Source of the DNA: Yuukianura sp. NJ FZ-2021
Lineage: Eukaryota
Length of the DNA stretch: 64,000 bases
Assembly (NCBI GenBank): GCA_046563655.1
Contig: CM102285.1
Coordinates: 2,480,001 to 2,544,000 of the forward strand
Direction: 5' to 3'
Positions within the stretch are counted from its first letter, which is position 1. Every line of letters starts with the position of its first letter. A program made the translations under genes and the position numbers. The notes beneath the pieces were generated by a model. The model saw only the letters and a list, made by a program, of their open reading frames with translations, had not been told where the DNA came from and ran no database searches. Shown here one piece after another: positions 60,663 to 64,000 of this stretch.

Positions 60663-63600
60663 TCAATGAATTAATTCATTCGTTACATTCAATAATTTTG
60701 AACAATACCCTGACACAATCTCTGTTTCTCGATTGTTGTCCACTTTAGCTTTGTTGTCAAATTCAAACGAAATATGTCTCATAACTGATCCTCTTCTTTT
60801 CTGGGCTTGACGGTTTGCCATTTTCAACGAATTTAAAAATACCGAAGCGCTGATTCCCGCTGAATCAGGCTGAAACTGAGATTTGAATTCTCGTTCCCAG
60901 CATTCCAAGTCAACAAGTTCGCAATGCATCGGTTCAAAAAATTCCAACAATCCAATTTGCGATTCTATAATATGGAAGCACTGCTTCTTCTCTAGAGCAG
61001 GATTCTGCAACAAACCTTCCGATTCGTCCACTACCATTTTGGCTGCAAAATCCAAACCGACGTAAGGCAGCGTGTATGAAATATTTGGAAATTGTCCAAG
61101 GCGGTTACATGTAGTTAGAAATCCACCAAGAGCGTCTGTTGCATTTACGACGTTCAGCTCCGAGTGACTTCCTATTTCAGCAAGACGGTAGATGGCGCCT
61201 GGAACGCCTTTTCGAATTGCCAACCTAACCAGCTTCTCAGAAACCCATTTGCTTTGGGCATAGCCATTGCTCATGCTCAGTGCATCAAAATTCTCAAATG
61301 CATAATCTTCGTCTGCGTGAAAAGTTTCATCGACGCCTGGGAGCTGCACTCCGTCAAAAACTACAACACTGGACATATGATGAATCCACTTCAGCTTTCC
61401 TTTAACTGCAAATTCAATTACTTCTTTTGTCATGCGCACTGTAGAATTTTTTAGTTGCGCATAGGACTTCAAGTGGTTCACGTCTGCTGCGGTATGGTAG
61501 ATGGCATCAGTTGTTTCACATAAAGAATCATAGGTTTCATCTCCAAGTCCAAATTTTGACATACTGACGTCTCCCGCCAAAATTTCGAGCCGTGATTTCG
61601 GAAATTTTTGAAATTGAGTCGTCAATTTATGGGTCGCAATGGCAGCATCCAATTTTATTTCTGCTTCTTTTATACTTTTTGCTCTTATTATGCAAACTAC
61701 TGTTTGAGAAGTACTTGCAAGTAGTTGATACAAAAGTGCCGTACCGAAGTATCCAGTACTTCCAGTCAGCAGTGATTTCTGGATGGATTGAAGGCTGTTA
61801 ATGTTCAATTGTAGTTCAACAGTCAAATCCAATTGCACTTCTTTCTGGAAATCAATTTTTTGTTTTTCTGAATTTTCCGTCAAAAATTTAACAAATTCTG
61901 AGAGCACCGGGAAATCAAAGATGTTTGAAAGTTCCAAAGAGGGAAATTCTTCTAGTAGACTGTGAGTCAACAGAGATGCATGGATAGAGTTTCCACCAAT
62001 GGTAAAGAAGTCGGACTCTTCTCGAATGAATTCTTCCGGAATTCCAATAACGGATGCCCAGCACTGTCTTACTTTGTTGACCAAAATGCTGGTGTTTGAC
62101 GCTTCAGTTTTTAGGAATCTAGCGGCGGTTGCGTTACGATCGATTTTTCCAGAAGCAGTTTTATAAAATTCGGAAACAAAGTGAATTTCAGCGGGAATCG
62201 CGTGATGTTGAAGACGTTCGGAGAGAAAAGCATTTAAATTTTTCAGCGTCGGTGTATTTTCCAGATTTTCAACGAGACATACTGCAATCAACTGTTGCAC
62301 ATTTTGAATTTTCCGTAAGACGACAATAGCGTGTTTAATTCCCGGGAATTTTTGAAGTACAGCCTCGACTTCTCCAAGTTCGAGTCGCATTCCATGAATT
62401 TTAACTTGTGAATCTTTTCGTCCAATAACTGTTACCTCACCGTTGTTCCAAAAACCAACATCGCCTGTTTTGTACATTTTGGATCCTGGCTGAAATGGGT
62501 TTGGCAACATCGGCTGTGCAATGTCTTTTCCAACGTATCCAGTCATGAGCCCCGCGCCGGAGACATAAATGTCTCCAGTCACCCCAATCGGAACAGGTTG
62601 GCAATGGTTGTCCAAGATGTAAACAGAGACATTTGAAATTGGCGGCCCGACAGAAGGAAATTCGTAATTTTGGCCGCCTTTGTATATTTTTGTACAAATT
62701 GCAAATGTTTCGGTGCTCCCGTATTCGTAAACGCAGCCAAAGTTTTTCTCTAACAAGTTCAAATTTTCCATTCTTTCTCCACCAAAATGGATCCACTTCA
62801 GTTTTGAAAGTAATTGAGCATCATCTTTCCCTGCAACAAGATCGCCTGAAAAATTTCAGAGATCTGGAATTTCATTTTTTTCAAAAACACTTTAATATTT
62901 CAAAAATTTGAAAAAAAAATTAAAAATAATTGCTTACGGGTAACTATGTTCGAGGCAAAGAAACTCGTGATTTCATGCTGGTAAATAAAAATTTTCAATT
63001 TTTGCAAATCGAGTCGCGTTGCTTCAGAAGGAATGTGCAAACTTCCTCCAACGAGAAATGTTACCCAAATATCACACAAAGCTGGAAGGAAGCCTGGAGG
63101 CACAATGAACATTGCGCGTAAAGTGGAGTCAACCTGCATATATTTGGCGGTAAAAAGCGTACGGTTCAAAATTGAATCTGATGTGAGAAGTACGGCTTTC
63201 GGTACTCCAGTTGACCCAGATGTAAAAAAACAGTACGGCGTATCGTTTCGGCAAGGATTTCCAACCGCAGTGACATCTTTTGCAGGCAAAGTGTTGTTCC
63301 AACCATCTTCAAACATTGCCGCTTCATTGATAAAAAAGGTGGAGTGATATTTTAAATCAATTTTTTGAATTCTATCGGACGTTGTGATAAGTGTAGGTTC
63401 TCCGAGTTTTGCCAGACATGCTTCAACTTGCGCCTTTGCATAAGTGCTGTGCAGCACCGCCACGGTTTTATTCAACATCAGAACGGCCAAACTGGCTATC
63501 ACGAATGGAGCTCCTTGAGGTAGATAAATAGCTACAAACTTGTTTTGTTCAATGTTTTGAATCTTGGCGGCATCCGAATTTCCAGTGGTGTTTAAATGCG

Positions 63601-64000
63601 TTTCTAGTTCTAATTTCAGTTTGACAACGCATGCGTAAAGGTCATTGTAAGAAAGCCGGACGTCATCTTCTTCAAGCTCTTGTACCAAAGCCAACTTCTG
63701 TCCATTTTCGACAACATTATTGAGGAATATGTCAAATAAATTTGCTGGCGCATCTTCAAGTGATATCTTCAAGTCGTTTGAATTGTAAGTTTGTACGACT
63801 AGTTTTTGCTCCCGTGCAGTGAGCATGGGCAGTTTGTCAATTTGTTCTTCTGGAAAACGGAGTCCGGTTTCTAATATTGTGATAACATGCCCGGGTAGGT
63901 TGGACACAAGCGTTGAATTGAGCTTTGTTTCACTAAAATTCACGACAAAACGTATATCCGTTTCAGTGGAAGTGATGCGCAGCACAATTGAAAATTTTTC
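60663..64000 (-). CDS. NRPS-type enzyme, 3' part: end of a probable condensation domain, adenylation, thiolation (PCP), terminal thioester reductase; continues beyond the window
   Basis: A motifs LSYNDL, FFTSGSTGVPKAV, GGE, YGSTE, GDIYVSGAGLMTGY, YKTGD, GRKDSQVKIHGMRLELGEVE, SGKIDR. PCP DFFTIGGNSI. R domain LLTGSTGYFG, HTAADVN, GYAQSKWVSE. Phase-1 GT-AG intron 62846-62937 joins NIVT|RDLV...HFGGERMEN. Confidence 0.92.

Noticed and set aside
21583-64000. Aminotransferase + lipase + NRPS-reductase as one biosynthetic gene cluster
   Set aside because: They are 35-40 kb apart, separated by unrelated genes, and the aminotransferase and lipase look like ordinary intron-rich animal genes. Nothing in the sequence links them.

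Overview
AT-rich eukaryotic (animal) genomic DNA with short GT-AG introns. The gene content points to an arthropod, possibly a springtail or other soil arthropod; this is inference only. In order, the window holds: the 3' end of PCID2; a TA-flanked MITE; a 5'-truncated CRE-clade non-LTR retrotransposon; a large ZP-domain cuticle/ECM gene whose sixth exon is split by a 3.55-kb pol-less LTR element carrying an unusual zinc-knuckle ORF; kynurenine aminotransferase; an acid lipase; mRpL36, whose L36-coding exon is absent from the ORF track; an intron-containing ~790-aa vWA-like protein resembling baculovirus P94; about 12 divergent chemoreceptor-like membrane genes and pseudogenes in two families, partly arranged as a tandem B-A-B-A-B-A-B array with several TE insertions; a secreted intronless kelch protein; and, at the right edge, an intron-containing NRPS-type gene ([C]-A-T-R) whose adenylation domain lacks the canonical amino-binding Asp. 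The best candidates for undescribed systems are the animal NRPS-reductase, the P94-like gene and the pol-less LTR element. All family assignments come from motif recognition, not from database searches.
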